DNA from: Macrostomum lignano
Lineage: Eukaryota
DNA: 64,000 nucleotides
Direction: 5' to 3'
Assembly (NCBI GenBank): GCA_002269645.1
Contig: NIVC01001209.1
Span: 62,001-126,000, forward strand
Shown: positions 61,531 through 64,000 of the stretch, piece after piece
Layout: every line of letters begins with the position of its first letter
Position numbering within the stretch: the first letter of the stretch is position 1
Notes under the pieces: generated by a model
Told to the model about the DNA's origin: nothing
The model's database searches: none
Seen by the model: only the letters and a program-made list of their open reading frames with translations
Position numbers and translations under genes: made by a program

Positions 61531-62109
61531 GGTATAAGAAGCCAATTTAAGTTCAAAGCCAAGATCGGCTTTAAACAAGTTTCCTGCTCTAAAAGTGCAA
61601 CCAAACCATTTGCTTAATGCCACAATGCCCAAAGCCTTAGATTATAATCCCACGCGCGTGATCGCTGGCTACGCTCCGCAAAAATCCCCAAATTCCACAG
61701 CGGACCTGAAGACTACTGGATCACGGGGGGATCTCTGACCCGCCAATCGCGTCAGCATGTCGCATGCTGAGGCCCGTCACGAGATCCCATTGACAGCGCC
61801 ATTACCCAGCACTGCCTTGCGCTGCTGTTGTCAATCTTGAATCCCCCAAAGGCTGCATGCATGTCTGTACAACAGGGTCAGTTTCAGATTTTCCCCGATC
61901 CCCATAGGTCAATTTTCCTGTTTTCAACCACACAAAATTTGTTCCGCATGTGAACCGTGGGGGAAATGCTAAGCGTAATGGGATATTTTGTGTTAGTTTT
62001 ACCTAAAAAAGACGAGCTAGCAATGTAAACTATGGAAGTAACCAGTTATTCATCCGATAAGATAATTTATACTCTCCGAATTGGCAACTTGAATCTTCCA
62101 TCCTTAATA

Positions 62110-64000
62110 GACAACGGGGTAGACACAGATAGAGGTGTTAAGGACAGAGGGGTAGACACAGATAGAGGTGTTAAGGACAGAGGGGTAGACACAGATAGAG
62201 GTGTTAAGGACAGAGGGGTAGACACAGATAGAGGTGTTAAGGACAGAGGGGTAGACACAGATAGAGGTGTTAAGGACAGAGGGGTAGACACAGACAGAGG
62301 TGTTAAGGACAGAGGGGTAGACACAGATAGAGGTGTTAAGGACAGAGGGGTAGACACAGATAGAGGTGTTAAGGACAGAGGGGTAGACACAGATAGAGGT
62401 GTTAAGGACAGAGGGGGGACAGAGGGGTAGACACAGATAGAGGTGTTAAGGACAGAGGGGTAGACACAGATAGAGGTGTTAAGGACAGAGGGGTAGACAC
62501 AGATAGAAGTGTTAAGGACAGAGAGGTAGACACAGATAGAAGTGTTAAAGACAGAGAGGTAGACACAGATAGAAGTGTTAAGGACAGAGAGGTAGACACA
62601 GATAGAGGTGTTAAAGACAGAGAGGTAGACACAGATAGAAGTGTTAAGGACAGAGAGGTAGACACAGATAGAGGTGTTAAAGACAGAGAGGTAGACACAG
62701 ATAGAAGTGTTAAGGACAGAGAGGTAGACACAGATAGAGGTGTTAATAGACAGAGAGGTAGACACAGATAGAGGTGTTAAGGACAGAGGGGTAGACACAG
62801 ACTGAGGTGATAAAGACAGAGAGGTAGACACAGATTGAGTTGTTACAGATAGGTAGACACACATCGAGTTGTTACAGACAGGTAGGCACACATCGAGTTG
62901 TTACAGACAGGTAGACACACATCGAGCTGTTACAGACAGGTAGACACACATCGAGTTGTTACAGACAGGTAGACACACATCGAGTTGTTACAGACAGGTA
63001 GACACATATCGAGGTGTTACAAACAGGTAGACACATATCGAGGTGTTACAAACAGGTAGACACATATCGAGGTGTTACAGAAAGGTAGACACATATCGAG
63101 GTGTTACAGACAGGTAGACACATATCGAGGTGTTACAGACATGTAGACACATATCGAGGTGTTACAGACAGGTAGACACATATCGAGGTGTTACAGACAG
63201 GTAGACACATATCGAGGTGTTACAGACAGGTAGACACATATCGAGGTGTTACAAACAGGTAGACACATATCGAGGTGTTACAGACAGGTAGACACATATC
63301 GAGTTGTTACAGACAGGTAGACACATATCGAGGTGTTACAAACAGGTAGACACATATCGAGGTGTTACAAACAGGTAGACACATATCGAGGTGTTACAGA
63401 CAGGTAGACACATATCGAGTTGTTACAGACAGGTAGACACACATCGAGGTGTTACAGACAGGTAGACACATATCGAGTTGTTACAGACAGGTAGACACAC
63501 ATCGAGGTGTTACAGACAGGTAGACACATATCGAGTTGTTACAGACAGGTAGACACATATCGAGGTGTTACAAACAGGTAGACACATATCGAGGTGTTAC
63601 AGACAGGTAGACACATATCGAGTTGTTACAGACAGGTAGACACATATCGAGGTGTTACAGACAGGTAGACACATATCGAGGTGTTACAGACATGTAGACA
63701 CATATCGAGTTGTTACAGACAGGTAGACACATATCGAGGTGTTACAAACAGGTAGACACATATCGAGGTGTTACAGACATGTAGACACATATCGAGGTGT
63801 TACAAACAGGTAGACACATATCGAGGTGTTACAGACAGGTAGACACATATCGAGGTGTTACAAACAGGTAGACACATATCGAGGTGTTACAGACAGGTAG
63901 ACACACATCGAGGTGTTACAGACAGGTAGACACATATCGAGGTGTTACAGACAGGTAGACACATATCGAGGTGTTACAGACAGGTAGACACATATCGATG
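62110..64000. repeat. Compound minisatellite: 33-bp units (to ~62830) grading into 29-bp ACAGGTAGACACATATCGAGGTGTTACAG units; runs off the window
   Basis: Both unit types share GTAGACACA and GAGGTGTTA cores. Confidence 0.96.

Noticed and set aside
60664-61632. Collagen-like ORFs (GAKGTR)n, (GASGAL)n and (APLVPL)n
   Set aside because: Pure 18-bp DNA repeat with no synonymous variation, no ATG, signal peptide or NC domain, and located in a dachsous intron.
61819-61864. Possible small dachsous exon (minus) encoding DMHAAFGGFKIDNSS, cadherin-like F-x-ID-x-x-SG
   Set aside because: It has an acceptor (TGTACAG) but no canonical GT donor in the required phase 1; the similarity is too short to support.

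Overview
Eukaryotic (animal) genomic DNA with GC-rich spliced exons and introns filled by minisatellites. This architecture suggests a flatworm such as Macrostomum lignano, which is inference only. Six protein-coding genes were reconstructed by hand from splice phases: the 3' part of ALIX/PDCD6IP (+), phosphatidylinositol synthase CDIPT/PIS (-), a PGAP2 GPI-remodelling gene that the ORF track shows only in fragments (-), a 7-exon SLC16/MCT transporter (-), a 2-exon orphan gene (+), and the 3' end of dachsous (-), which carries a 1-bp frameshift. About 24 distinct tandem arrays are present, most inside introns, and they explain nearly all the long repetitive ORFs in the track. The 42-52 kb region is a transposon graveyard: a mariner remnant abutting an RTE-like LINE, foldback MITEs, and a three-layer hAT > Harbinger > Harbinger nest with intact TIRs and TSDs. 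The best leads are the co-oriented PGAP2-PIS pair (possible operon or bicistronic mRNA, with a spliced ORF stopping 2 nt before the PIS ATG), AG|GT-containing arrays that may be self-made UTR introns, and a sharply bounded CpG-depleted domain. All coordinates and counts were read by eye and no database search was run.
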